A program made the position numbers and the translations under genes. Of a stretch of 64,000 nt of DNA, positions 27,321 through 42,100 are shown piece by piece. The DNA is from Lingula anatina (Eukaryota; Animalia; Brachiopoda), in assembly GCA_051362555.1 (NCBI GenBank), contig CM120642.1, forward strand, positions 16,244,001 through 16,308,000, in the 5' to 3' direction. The notes beneath the pieces are model-generated. The model made no database searches, was not told the origin of the DNA, and was given only the letters and a program-made list of their open reading frames with translations. Within the stretch, counting starts at the first letter, position 1. Each line of letters starts with the position of its first letter.

Positions 27321-30300
27321 TTTGGAAGTCGGGCACAAAAAACTGTAGTCATTTTCACCAGTTCATAGGATAAGCTGCTTCATGTGCTCAGCTCAGAACA
27401 AATTGTGATCCATCATGCAGTTGTGAAGTACCGTGGAACATTAATTAATAACAACTCTAAGACTACTGACCAGTGCAATATTAATACTGGCTCATCCATA
27501 TCGAGGTGTATACTTGTATACAGTCTATTGTGTGGTTTGATAGCATTGGGGAGAATTATTACAAGCTGCAGAAGCCGTACAGTATCTGTTAAGACTAGGT
27601 GAGAGAAAATGATATCAGTAGTTTATAATAATCAGTAGTGGAAAGCTGTGAAAATTGATGTTTTGAAAGAGCAATATTGATTTCAGGGTTATTTTGGTGT
27701 CTGGGTGATCATGTTTTTGTTTGTTCTTTGTTTTGTTGACTACAAAATTTGGTGGTTATTATTTATAGAAGGCTCAGGGACACACGTCATACGATATATT
27801 TCTGTGGGGGGATTTTTTTGACAGAGGTAACGTGAACTTATGCTTTGTTAAGGGAACTTTGGAACGTTATTAATGGTTTGGAGAGAGAAGAAAATTACAC
27901 ACATTTATCAGAGGTTATATGGAATTGTGCTCAGAAGGATTTTGTAAAACCACAGAGTGATGTATGTTCTTGATGTGGCGGAATTTGTTTTCTTCTATTT
28001 ATACTTTTCTCTTTCTTTGAGCATGGGTAGTAATGTCATGGTTGATGGAAACAAAGAGAGTTGACATTGTCATTTGGTTTCAGTTTCTTTTTCTGCTGTT
28101 GGTTTCTTTTCCAAGCACATGACGTAATGCATTTGCAAGCATATGTAAATATATATACACAAATGCAAATATGCCTATTTATTTTATATGAGTATGTGTT
28201 GACCTTGTTTAATAATATTCATTTACCTTGTGTTTGTTCTACACTCTATTATTAATAGGATTTTATTATTTATGGGATTATTATCTTTTCAGGAGTAACA
28301 ACAACCAAATGGATAGATTAAAGCAACAGTAGAAATCACTGAATTCAAGGTAAGAAAAATTGTTTATTTCGAAACAATAAAAGCTTTATGATAAAATAAA
28401 TTTAACAGTGATACAATTCTCTTATATTTTTCTTTCATCTGTATATGGCACTCTAGAAAAAAAGTGGTCTTTGTTAATTTGCTTAAAATTCACAATCTAC
28501 AAATGGGCTTAAATCAAAAAATGGAAAATAAAAAAAAAGAATAATCACCAATCATCCAAAGGCCACATTTAATCCATCAATCTTTAGGGTGGAGATTGTT
28601 CAGGAAATTAGATTGGATTGTTGATGTTTTTTCACTGGAAATGAGCTTAGATTGTTATAAAATGAACAGAAATGAAGGGCATTGTATCATGGGAAAGTAG
28701 AGGGCAGTGGTAAATAGCTAATGATTATTTGGGGAGGGTTACATTATGGCTGATAAACTGCTGTAGGATGAAGTCCACAGCGTAATTGTACCTTTGTGTG
28801 TATTTGTGTGTTTACAAAATTTTAATAGATAAATGGTATCCTGTCCATGGTTAAAAATGACCTGAAGTTCTGCATTCTATGTTTACAAATCCTCTCATAA
28901 TGGCAGTCCTATATTTTCACTATTTGTAAAGCCATTTATATTTAACAGCTCTGCACTTTGAAAAAAAAAACACCTATTTGATGGGACTTTTATCATCACC
29001 TTGAACATTTTTATGGTACTTCCATATGCGTAACAAAAATATCACCAAATATTAATGTGCAATCTACTTTTGATGACCCATTTACCATGGAAAATGTTCT
29101 TAGAGTATTTGCTAGAAGGGCTGTAATCAAATATATATATATGTAGTATATTCAGTATTTTGTCTTTAAGCTCTTTCGAGAAATAACCTAAAGATATTAT
29201 ATCAGATGCTAGTACAGAGCATCATTAGTGGTTGTGGTCACAGTAAGAAGTTGGTGGTAAACGTCCACCGAACTTGACCTTTTTATCCTCATATGGATTA
29301 GTTATGTTTTTGCAGCACAGTGAGATTTCTGTTTTGCCAGTTATTAACTGTATGCTAGTTATTTTATGTTGCCTTCATGATCATTGAAAAATAGGTATGG
29401 CTGTAGGATTCCTGAATTTTGGAGCATACATTAACTAACTATGGCTTGAGTTGATGTTATGTGAGGACTTCAAGTGCTAATATATACAATTGTAACAGCC
29501 AATTCAGTTTTCTAAAGTTAAACCCTGAACATTAAATTTAGGGACATATACACATGCACATGCATACACACACACACATGCGCGATGTATTTCTATAAAC
29601 ATGCAAATGAAAGTTTGGACCTTGTTCCACTTTTACCTATATAGATATTGCAAATAAGAGCATGTTTTACTGCAGCAGTCATAATAGATTCAGGGCAGTA
29701 GTAATCTGTGTGTTTGACAGCTGTAAATGTCTTTGGTCTCATGGTAGGATAGCATGCACGCAGAGAACAGGTACTTGTTCTGTTGTCAGTGCTGAGCATA
29801 ATCAGCCCGCGTGCAGCCTTGTGCTGGGGATCTGCCACTAAAACTTACACATGTCAGGTACACAGTGTGTTATTATGCAGACAGTGCAATCCTGTGTGAT
29901 CTGCCATCAGCAGTATAGGACCTGGGGGACTTTTTAAAGCGTTCCAGGTTGCAAGAGTTGATGTGTCTTCAAGATCATGTCCATTGTGCAGTCGTTGAAT
30001 TTGGGATATAGTGTAATGTCTTAAATGACTTGACAGGATTTGAAATGGTTTTTGAGTTCATGTCGATCATGGAGTTGCGTGATCTATAGAAACCTTGCGC
30101 AGGCAGGATGATGTTGTTACCAGTGTTCAGTGTAGTATGACCCTCTAAGTACAAAAGAACTGCTCCATTTAGTCTGTCGTCTGAGAAATGCGAGATGTCT
30201 AGGTAAGAAACCAGATGCACACTTACATGTACATATCAGAATTTCCCCAGGATAAATGTGTTCACTGACTTGAATTGAAATGTTATAAAATGATGACAGT

Positions 30301-30646
30301 ATTTGACTGATCTTTAGCAAAAGACACTTAATTGTTAAATGTGGATATCTAGGATGCATGTAGTGAATGTTTCCTCATGTAGCAGTGTGCGCATGTGTGT
30401 GCGCATACATGCAGTCCTGAACTGCCCTTTTGCATGAGTTTACGTCAAGCTGCATTTAACTTTTTTTCGTTAGTGTCCATCCTTTTTCACATTATTTGTT
30501 CCTTTAAATTATTTACAAATGCTGTCTTGTTTTCAAAATATTGAATGTTTTCCACTTTGAAATTGTTAATTCAATATAATCCCTGTATTTATTGATTCAT
30601 TTATTTTCTCACCAGATGGCAGTATCTGCCTAGTCTTCCTGTCCAG

Positions 30647-31008
30647 ATGCGAGTGTTCCAGAGCGTCTGCACTGGCGGCATCATCATGGAGTCCGACAGC
30701 AGTGCTGATTACAACGCCACTCCACACCACGAGGTGAGTGCCTGCACACACTTTACATGCAGGTACACCAAGGCTTTCCCTAGAGAGCCCTCCAGTCCTC
30801 ATTTTGACAGCCATTGGCCTGAGGAGACGGCCTAAAATTTATGGGTTTATTATTGGTTGGGCTTGCCTGGGTTGACTCCCTGTAAATTGTTTAACAAATT
30901 ATAGATTTACAATCTGGACCCCCCCCCCCCCCCCCAAAAAAAAAAAAAAAAAAAACAAACTTTGGGAAACCCCTGAGGGACACACTAACACACACATGCA
31001 ATTACAAA

Positions 31009-31065
<57 letters not shown>

Positions 31066-32090
31066 CGCTGTTGATAATGAAACTCCGTGCACACTCTTGC
31101 ACTCTCACATGCATGTGTATGGAAACATGTACACTAAACAATATGCTTAATCTATAGTATACCACTCTCTACTGATGTATACTTTACACTTACTGCATTG
31201 TGCATAGCACATCCTGGCTCAACTTGCAATATGTAAGCATGTATATATGTGCCTATATTATGTAAATGCATGTGCATACATGCTTAGTACTTGCATGGCA
31301 GTCAATTTGATACAGGTGGTATTGATTGTTTACAGTGGCTTGACCCTGATGCATATGTTCTATGCTTATCCAAAATGATTAGACAACAGACCACAGCTAA
31401 TATAAATAGATTGATAGATGGCTACTCGCTATCAGAATGCCGATCAAAAACTGAAAATTGTTCTTCTTTATTGTTTTACGAGAGCGACATCTAGACACAT
31501 AAGTAAAACTTGCTATGATGATTGACATGCAAAAATGTCAAATGACCAGGGTAGATAACCACCGTGTGACATTATGACAGTTCAAGACAATAGGCATGGA
31601 CATGCAGTGATTACCATTGTCAGGAATTGGGGCAAAACAAAGTGATTATTGTCACCCTCTGACCACGCAAACCAGACCCAAGCGAGATAAAAGATAATTT
31701 GTTTGTTATTCCCACAATCATTGCGCCTACCTACGCTAGATGGCAGGGGTGATATCAACGTACTGAAAATGGAAGGAGTGCATAGTAAATTAGATACCAG
31801 TGTTTGAAACACTTTCACATTGCGGAGTTATTGACAGGGACTGGACAGCACATTGAGTTCTGTTGGAATTCCATTTAGATTATTTGTCTACATTTCATTT
31901 ATTCAGACAGTTTACAAACTGGATGAGAGCATACTCTATATTCATGTGTATTCTAGGGTATGACAGTGTAAGTACAGAGTGACAACAATGAGGGTATTAT
32001 ACTAATACACATTGTTTCTTGTCATGGAAATTTAATTTTTTTACTGGGGCATTTGTCACTTATATAGTATTTTAATTTTAGGAATTGTTC

Positions 32091-32129
<39 letters not shown>

Positions 32130-33233
32130 CTTTCTTTCTATGTTAATATAGTATGCTAGTAGTACCAGATGTTTATCCAACAATAAGAGTCAAGGATTCT
32201 CTAGTCAGGTTATCATTACCTAGGTAATGAATTGTGCATCGTCTACCTGCAGCAATGTTATATTGTATTTGCACCTGTAATATTGCACCTGGTAGATCAT
32301 GACCTACAGCAGAAATAAAAAAAAACATGGTTATTTTCATCAAGGTAATGTAGTGCATGCACCAATGAACTCAATAACACTGGGTAAGTTAAATATGTTA
32401 AGAATTGTTTTTATTTTCATTTGTCTTTTTAACCTTGTTACAAACACTTGTTATAATTTGATTTAGAGGCATTTGATTTTGAGCATATTAGGTCTTGGTA
32501 ATTTTTATGGCAAGATCACAAGTCACATACTCTTGTTTGAATCTTTACCCTGATCATGACAAAAGTTTTAGTTTTAATGATTTAAAAAAATATGCCAGAA
32601 TTTGTTTTCATACATATGCATATCATATAACTGGAAGGAAAAGAAGGATCTGATGTTCTGGTCTAACCAGAGGGAGTTTAAAATCAGAATTACAGATTTA
32701 CCCACCCGAAGATATTGTTGTATAGTATTTCATTTCTGACTTCTTGCAGGTATTTCATGTCAGACGCCATATTCTTGTCAGTGGTCTGATTTTGCCTATC
32801 AAGTGTACATGACAGCGCCATGATAACTTTGCATTGCATTCTAGTTAGAGAAAATAATGAAGAGTAAAATTCTATGAAAAAGGGGTTTTCTCATGGTCGC
32901 TAGATAGGATGATAATACAGAATTCTTCTTTACTTAGAGACTTAATAACATCAGTCATATTTGACATTTCGGTCCACCACTTATGAACCTTGGTCGTAAA
33001 TGGTGATTTTGATTTTAGAGTAAAACTGATACTATGATATCAGAATTGTGTAATTATTTGCTATCAGCATGGGTTTAGATATTCTGATTTGGATAATATC
33101 CTTATTCAGTTCAGTCAAAATGCTCTTGAAATGTACTGGAAGACCGTGTCAAATATGAAGGTTCGATCTGTTTGTCACTTCACTGGACACTGGTCTTGAT
33201 TGGCAAAGACCTACTCGATTTGTTCCTTTGTTG

Positions 33234-33267
<34 letters not shown>

Positions 33268-36082
33268 CCTCTATTGTAAAAAATGAAAAAAGAATGCACT
33301 TCTGAGTTATATAATGTAAGACATTTTGTGGCCACTAAAGTGCAATGTGTTGGCAAAAGAAAATGTTCCCCATTTGTTTTAATGTATTTTATTAAGTTAA
33401 CAAAAAAGGTATTTTCACTAAAATGAAATATATATACATGTAAAAGTCTCTGGATTTATATCCAAAACAAAACAAAAATAAAGAATAATAAACATTAAGA
33501 TGTGTAACTCCAGTACCCATCTTCTTAAGACGAGAGTTAGTGACTTAGTGCAAAAATTCTCATCATAAGAACCCCCATGCTTTCATCATGCAAACAAATT
33601 ATATTTCATACACCAAACTGTGGTGGAGTCAAAGGTGCTCATCTTCTATACAGCATAGAGAAACCTTATCTTGCAGTAAATGGCTACAGATCAAGTATAG
33701 CCATTCTGCAAGAACCCCTGCAGCTTCTCCAACAGTCAGGGTGATTGCTTGTTATTTATGGGCAGTGTCAGGCCCCAGTGGTGAGCTATATTGAGGATGG
33801 GATTAGGGAAATGGAAAAAACCTGTTAAACGTATCATGTCGCCTCTTAAGTCTGTGATTTTATGCTAGGTTTGATGAACTTGGGTGTATATTTCTGCCCT
33901 AAGGGAAGGGTCTTTCTTTCTAAAGATTGATCATCGGGCTTCTCAGCCAAAGTGGTCCCGAGACCACCTTTACAAAAGAACAGAAGTCAAAAGAAAAAAA
34001 AATTTCCAATGAAATTTAACAGTTAGTATAAGGAAGCGTTCCCATAAACCCAGCGTACAAGCTGGATCGATCTAACTCTGCAGGGATTCGCGGCTTAAAT
34101 GTCTGACATGCTTAGTCAAGCTGCTAGGGGATAATTAACGATAGTAATGGAAAGGAAACATTCAGTTTTATTTCGGTAGAGAACAAGTCTAAATCCTCTT
34201 TCTTTTGTTTATGACAAACATGAGTCTCGAAACAGTGCTGTGGACGGAGAGGGGGGGGGGGGGGGTAATTACGTGTTAGGTTACTTTTGGACATTCTTAA
34301 TGCCTAGCTTGGTCATGTGGTACATGCATTGAAATCAGGTACATGTGGTTGCTTATATCTTCATGTTATGTTTTTTTCTTCATCTCCAGCTGACGTCCCG
34401 CGGCAGTACTGAATCCTTGGAACATAAGCGGTGGAGCTACCCTGACGGTCAGGGGCACGTGAGAACCAAGAGCTACGATGCCGTGGTTTTTGATGTGCTG
34501 AAAGTGGCACCTGAAGATTTTGCAGTAAGTGATTTCAACTAGTAGATAAATTGATGGTTGGAAAAGTATGTTTTTTGTGGTCAGTTTTGGATCAATGGGG
34601 TTTAAAAGTTGAATTATGAATAAAATGTTTCAATGATGAAGTAGTTGCCTTAAGATAAATGCATTTGTTTTCCTTCTTGCAGAGCCAGATAACTCTCATG
34701 GACCTTCCTGTGTTCAAGTCTATCCAACCTGATGTAAGTACTTCTGAACACGTGGAGAACTTGAAGTCACACCTACCCTATCTGGTTTGACTTCATAGAC
34801 TTAAAACTTTGCCATGCTCCTCACAAGTTGACTTTCAGAGCCATTAAAACATTCACAATGAACTGTGCTGTATTGTCTAATATGTATAGAAATTAGAGAA
34901 CACTCCCCCGTCATCATTTCCAAGTAAGAGACCTTTAGCAGAAATTAAAAGCAAATGGAAATGAAAGCAGTGACCTCTTGGGGCATTCTTTGTTCATTTT
35001 TGCATATATCTCACAATGCCTACCCACCCCCACCCACCCACCCATTGAGGTTAAACTTGGGACTTTTTATCTTGCAAGCACCCATCCATCAAGATTTATA
35101 CCATCTGTTCAATTTAATGTAAAAAATATTCTATATAAACTCCATGTTTTGCTCCAGTCTCTTATGCTGTGTGCACACTCGAGTACTGTTCAGACATGAA
35201 ATGCTCTCATTAGACTCGGAGGAGCAATTCCATCATCTCTTACAAATGTCACTGAACATGGAGAAGAATGAGAACAAATGGTGCTGGCATTGCACCAGAT
35301 TGCATTACTGCCTGTTTTCTTCGTGATTGTTTGTACCCTGGGCTACATGGCTTCAGAATGAAGACGATCACTGGGCTCCTTTATGATTGCTTAAATGTGC
35401 CCTGAATTACATGACTTTGTAATGAACATCCATGATGATTGCCAGCTCCCTGGGTTACACTGTTTTGTAATGTAACTCTTTTATGATTCTCTCCATACAA
35501 CTTGAATTACAAGGATTTTTAGTGGATTTCCTTTGAGATGTTTTTAATACACGCTGAGTAACAAGGCTTTGTAGTAAAGCTCCCCAGTGCTTTTCTCAGC
35601 CTACCATGAGTTACTAGTACAAGGTTTTTAAGTGAAGTTCCTTTGAGATGTTTTTAGTACACCCTGTAATGAAGCTCCTCGTGATCATTGATGGTCCCGG
35701 TACACTTGAAACTCCAAATCCATCCACAATGAGTGTAACAACTTTGAAGTAAAGCAGATTAATGTGATTTTATTTTTGCAATCAGCAATGTTCAGCAGAT
35801 CACACTAGAGCCATGTTGGCAGCACTTTTCATCACCCTGAAAAAGTTTTGAAAGCCTGTTATTATGGAGTATTTTGATTGTCAAAATTGAAATTATATCT
35901 CCCAGAACCCTGTGTGATTAAATGTCCTATTTGTATTCAACCTGTGTATTCGTGCAAGTTTTTCCACAGCTCCACTATAATTTAAGTTCATTATTAGCCC
36001 CTGGTTTCACACTCGCACAGACTCACCAATTTATAACTAACAGATTGATAGCTATCCCCTCATCCTCTCTCTCTCTCTTTCT

Positions 36083-36132
<50 letters not shown>

Positions 36133-39100
36133 TGACTAAGTGGTGAAACATGCCCATGTTGGAATGTGGTGAAAGCTGATGATGATTGCTGCTGACATCA
36201 TCCATTTAATGTTAATCAGTTAATAAATTGTGCAAATATTGGTGATAGCCTTTTGATTACACTAATCAAACTTAATCACTGTCAGAAATCATGATCCGTT
36301 TTGTTCAATGAGAATTATTACTGACTTGGAGGTTAAACATTTCAAATTAGCATTGCTACTATTAGTATTAATTTGATGCCACAATTTGCAGGGATAAGAT
36401 TTTGTCAAAATCCTTAAATGAATTATCCAAGGGAGGACAATCATTTTGATGTGATCATTGTTCATTTTTTTTTAGGAATTAACCACTTGTGCATGGACTA
36501 CCAAAGAAAAACTTTCAAAGGCTCCTAATGTGGTAGCATTTACAAGGAGATTTAATCATGTAAGTTATGAACATTTTGTTTAGGAAATTTCAAGGGAAAA
36601 AAATAAAACTTAAGTAATAAATTTTGTGCACAGACACAGTTGTGTCACCCAGTAATGTATAGATATTGCCATTACCTGTTGTTTATTAGTGCTGCTGAAG
36701 ATGGAGCCAGAGGTAGAGCTGTCTACGTTCCTTATTACCACAGTTATTGGAAGACATATACTCTTTTACCAACATCATGGATTGCTCAATAGCCTAATAT
36801 TCTGGTCAAGTTTGAAACTGGGCATTATCTGATTATTTCGTATAATTTTAATTTTATGGAAACTGCCTCCAAAATGATTAGTTACTCTTTTTAGTTGAAA
36901 TCTGCTTTATCAAAATGAGGTGAGAAAGATGTCGAACGAGTCAATTTTTTAAAATGTTAAAAAATTTTTTTTTGTATTCTGTATGATTAAAATTTTGATA
37001 TTTCATTTTACTCTCATTATATTTCACTGCAGGTCAACTTCTGGGTACAAAAGGAAATTTTATGTTGTATGACACTTCAGAAGAGGGCTGAAGTTTTAGC
37101 ACATTACATCAAAATTGCAAAGGTGAGATTTGATAACCATTCTTTATTGAACTCCCAAGATGGAAGTACGATAGCCATATTGATGGTTTTGGCATTTTGC
37201 ACCATGCAACTGCATATCATGGCTTTCTTTGTCCCAGGTATGCTTATATGCTTATGTCCCAATTTCAGTGTGCATAGAAAAGTTCACCTAATTGGGACAT
37301 AAGCATACTCAGCACCTGTGCTATATTTTATATATATGTAGTTACTTGGTGCACATATCAAATATGTGAACTGTGTTCAAAAGGGACAAAATACCAGAAT
37401 TATCACTTTACTTAAGTGCCTCGTTCTTGGGAGTTCAACCCTTTAGATTGAGCTTGTATAAGTTTTAAGTTTGATGAATATGTATTATATTATAAGAAAA
37501 CTAAGATATATTTCTCTCAGCAAATATAATTAACCTTTTTGAGATGTTGTATTTTATTTTAAATTTAAATTTTTTCCAGAAATTATTAGAGTTAAATAAC
37601 CTCCATGCTGTGATGGCAGTCATATCAGCATTACAAAGTGCTCCTATATTTAGGTTGTCCAAAACTTGGTCGGTAAGTTGCTGACCTTTGAGATAAATAT
37701 TTTACATTTCTTAAGTAGATGAAAGGATAAACTTGGATCAAAGTTTAACCCACTTGATACTTATCTAGCTGTTTTATATTCTCTAACAGAAAAAAAAGGT
37801 TTATATTGCTAAGACCTTTTGACAAAATAAGTAAGTCACTTTTGTGAAAAGAAAACAATACATGCAACTGTAGAAATTATCTGTATGTGTACACTCACCA
37901 AAAACAGTTTATGATCAGTTCTGTTTGATATTTTTGCAGATGTTATCAAAGAAGGATAAGGCCAGCTATGAAAAAATTGCAGATTTATTTTCTGAAAATA
38001 ACAATCGTCAACGGTTGCGTGACTATATGAGCAGTGTACGGCTTCCATGTATTCCATATCTCGGTAAGTACACGTAAATCATATTCACATCAGGTTTATC
38101 TTAGACCTGACCTGGATTCAAGAATGATTGGAAGACAATTATTTTTTTATAAAAACTGACATTTTAAGTAAAAGTTACATATTGAATTTGTGTAGTCATG
38201 TCATTGTAATTTAGTTAAAATCTTGCAAATTTCACCTGTAAAAGATGTTACTTAAAAAGATAGCTCTTGGTATTTCATTCATAATTTAATTTTTTGTTAG
38301 CACATGCTCTTTTTTTAAACAATTTCATTAAAAGTAAGATGCCTGTAAAAGATATGTAATTTTTAAACAAATTGATATAAGACAACAAGACATTCTCTTT
38401 AACCAGATTCAGTTTCATATTTGATATGGCTGACAATGTTTTGTGCTTCCAGGTTTATATTTAACAGACATGATCTATATAGACGTTGCTCACCCTCACT
38501 CTGGTGGTCTGGAGAGTCGGCCGCGGAGACTGCAGATGAACAACATACTGAGGGTCATTTCAGAATATCAACAGTCTAGTTATGGTAGGTTGACCTTGAC
38601 AGTTTGAATAACTCTGAGTCGGGGGAAATGTGTTTCCAGACTTTCTGTATGCAAAATTACCATTATTGGCTCTTCAGACGATGGCTAAGAATTAGAGTTA
38701 GTACACCTTCAGTTGGCCTTTTTACAAAAAATCTAAAATCCTATCTTTTAGTTGCCTAAACTCCACACATTGTCGTAACAAAGCGTACTAGGCTGTAGCA
38801 AACTGGGTGTACTTCACAAAGTGTCTATAATTTTAGATTCATGGTAGCAGGGAGGGAGGCTGTAATTATTTTAGTAGCCTCTGCCCAATAGTGCAGTTAG
38901 TTAATCTCAGTCCAAAACACAGCTGATGAAATTCTTTGCTTTATGTACACATTATTATAGAACAACAAGTGAAGATATGTATAAATTTGTTATACTGTTA
39001 CTCTAAAATGGTTTATTACCTTTGAAAAAATCCTTTGGGAGATATGATAAAGGTATTTTACAGGGAGTATGTGCCCCTCTGCAGGATAATCTTTGTTGAA

Positions 39101-42100
39101 GGTCAAAAATGTTCTATATGGAAATATTATTTTGTCTTCTTTAAGAAACCTGGCCTTGGCATTTTGTAGGTTGTTTTCGTCTATTTATTAAACTTTCTTT
39201 TAGCCACACTCAAAGTTTGTCTGATGCCTTGCCCTTGGTCCAGTTTTCTCATTGACCTTGACCTTGTTTTTTATTTACAGCTAACTTGCCTGTGTTAGAA
39301 CATATAAGAGGGTACCTCTTGTCTGTGAGGTACATTGAAGAACTGCAGAAGTTTGTGGAGGATGACAATTACAAGTAGGCAGTTATTTGATTTATTACCA
39401 GTTTCCCACCCAAAAAAAAAAAGTGGGGGTTTATGATGAAGTGTAGTGCAAGCTTTTTATTTAAAAATATTACTGTTGCTTAAAATAAAAATCTGTATTT
39501 AATGTTTTATTTATTTATTTTTTTATTTCATTTATTTTTTTTTTTTTTTTTGTGTGTGTAGAGTCTATAATATTTATCCTTTATCTTATTATTTCAGATT
39601 ATCTCTAAAAGTTGAGCCGCCAGCCAGCAGTAGTAGCAGTAGCAGTACCAGTAATAGTGGTGTGACCTTATCAAGGTCACGGGATGACCTAAGCAGTTTG
39701 CCACACCCCTCCTCCAGTGCAGATCTGCTCGGTGCTCCAAAAGTAGTCCAAACCCCAGGAGGGTCCAAATTTGTCCCAAGTCACAGAAAGTCCAGGAGTT
39801 TAGGGACCAAGTAAGTTTACTTTGCAGCACCTCCAAATTGTAGGTTCATATTGTTCAACCATATTTGACAAATGAGAAAAAGAGTAAGGAAAAATGTTAT
39901 ATTTTAAAGAAAAAAAAAATATTTGCAAGGAAAAGAATTTTGGAAGGAGTTATGAAATTACATGATAAGGAGATTTTATTGTTTGTTTTCAAACTGATTT
40001 TTTAAAGTCAAAATGGAACTGATAGTGACTAGAATTGACAGAATTCGTAATTGTTGCAACTGTGTCGCCATTTGGAGTTTGACCATTCACCACTGTTGCC
40101 AAGATCACTGAAAAAATACGATAACCAGTTACATCCATTTTCCCTCCAGTTTTCTGTATACAAGTCAGGGCCCTGACAAGACTCAAAGTCTTCCTACAAA
40201 AATGACAGACCCCTACATCAGAGGCCAGCGCCATCTACTGGATGATAGCGTCTTGGAGGAGTCGCCGTCTGCCTCCAGTGAGGGTTCCTCCTGTTTAGGG
40301 AAGAAAGGTAATATTTGCTTACAAAATGATTTATTTAATAATTGCAATTATAATGGAAGTTCCAATTTGAATAAGACTAAAAAATTAAAGTTGAGTATGT
40401 GATAACAGTGGAGGGGGATGTGTTGATCCTTGAAGTAAAACCCCACTTGTCAGTAGAGAAGTATTGAATACTTTGAGTTGAGAGTCTTCCAATCTGTACA
40501 GATGATTGCAGAGTTCAATCAGTGACCACTGGAAAATGACCAGTCCAGTGGAGTTGGCTGTCACCCCTGAATTATCTACACTCTCCACATCTTTGTTCTG
40601 CGTGTAAGTTCCTCTGTTTGAATGATGCAGAAGGCCTTCCTTTGAATACACTGCTGATTAATGTTGATCGCTGTTTGGGATGATCACATTTTTCCTTCGA
40701 ACATTTGTAAGACTTCTGTACTACTGTTAATGTTTTGTCACCTTACAGATAGCGTGACAGGCTCAGACACAAGCAGTGAACATGAGATGTTTTGGCCTGT
40801 TAGAGACAGGTATGTATTGGTTATAAATATGTCGGAGTATGAGCTGAATTAGCTGTATCGAAAACTGAAGTCTGAATATTGTATAAATCATATGTTTTAA
40901 ATTATAATAACAGTTTGTTCTAATAGTTTTTTTTTTTTTTTGTTGTTGTTTTGTTTTTGTTCTTTTAATGTAATTATTATTATTATGAGCTGTACAATGA
41001 ATCAATTAAAAAAGAAAAGAGAAAAAAAAGATAGAGAATATGGATGGAAAACAATAAATAAATGAATATGAAATATAATAGATATAAGAAAAAAACTAAT
41101 TAAAAGCAGTCAACTTGATGTACGGAGTACAGAGAAGTATTTCAGTCTTGTCTGCTTCTTCTTGTAGCTTTGTTTATAAACAGGGTTTCGATTGTGTTTG
41201 GGTAACTGATGAGTTACATTCGACTTGATTAAAGAGTAAAGAGAATTATTTCAGCCTGGTGTCTTGTCTGCTCCTTGTAGCTTTGTTTGTAAACAGGATT
41301 TCCATTGTTTTAGGGTAACTGATGAGTTATATTCTGCAAGTTTCACATGCCAAGGGTGCCTGAAAAGGAAGTCGGTGCTAAGGCATGGGAGAAAACCTAC
41401 AGTAAGTTTTTTTATGTTTGGTATATTTTATATATATATCAACACCATACTGGAGCTACAATTGAGATTTTTTTATTCTATTAATTTTTTTAAAGAAATT
41501 AATGTTTTAACAAATTGAATATAAATGTTTATATGATAATCTTACATTTTAGTTAAATTGGAAATAATTGATATGTAAGTGCAAGACTGAGCTTAGTGTT
41601 TATATTGGATGCCTTAATAATTTCACCTCCACTCTATCTTGTAAAGTCTGTTTTCCCAGATTTTCTCAAAATAATGCTTTTGCTGATGAAGACAATAGTA
41701 GTTAACTGTTGACAGGTTGACGTGGCCTTACCATCAATTTAACAAGAAGAAAATTCACAATCTGGTGAAAACTGTAACCTTGAAATATATGGATATGGAC
41801 AAAGCTTCATGTCTCTCACAGTCTCATCTTTTTTTACCTCCTGAGTGTTCAGTATGTGATATATAGTGTTTATTGGATAATACAGCATAAAGAAAAATAT
41901 ACACTGTTATTTGACCAACGGGTTGTTCTGTTTCAGATGTCTTCCTGGAAGGAGTACTGGGTAGCTCTGTGGGGGACATCTCTGCTCTACTACCCAACTA
42001 AAACAATACGGTCCCGGGCAGACAGATCTGGGGTGAGTGTGCTAGGTGTGACATTGTGTAAGGTGTGCCTTTGTTCGATATGAGAGTGTGTTTTGATTGG

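Noticed and set aside
41206-41330. CTGATGAG twice, resembling a hammerhead ribozyme core
   Set aside because: No downstream stem II plus GAAA; explained by the splice-site duplication, and it encodes T-D-E in the exon.
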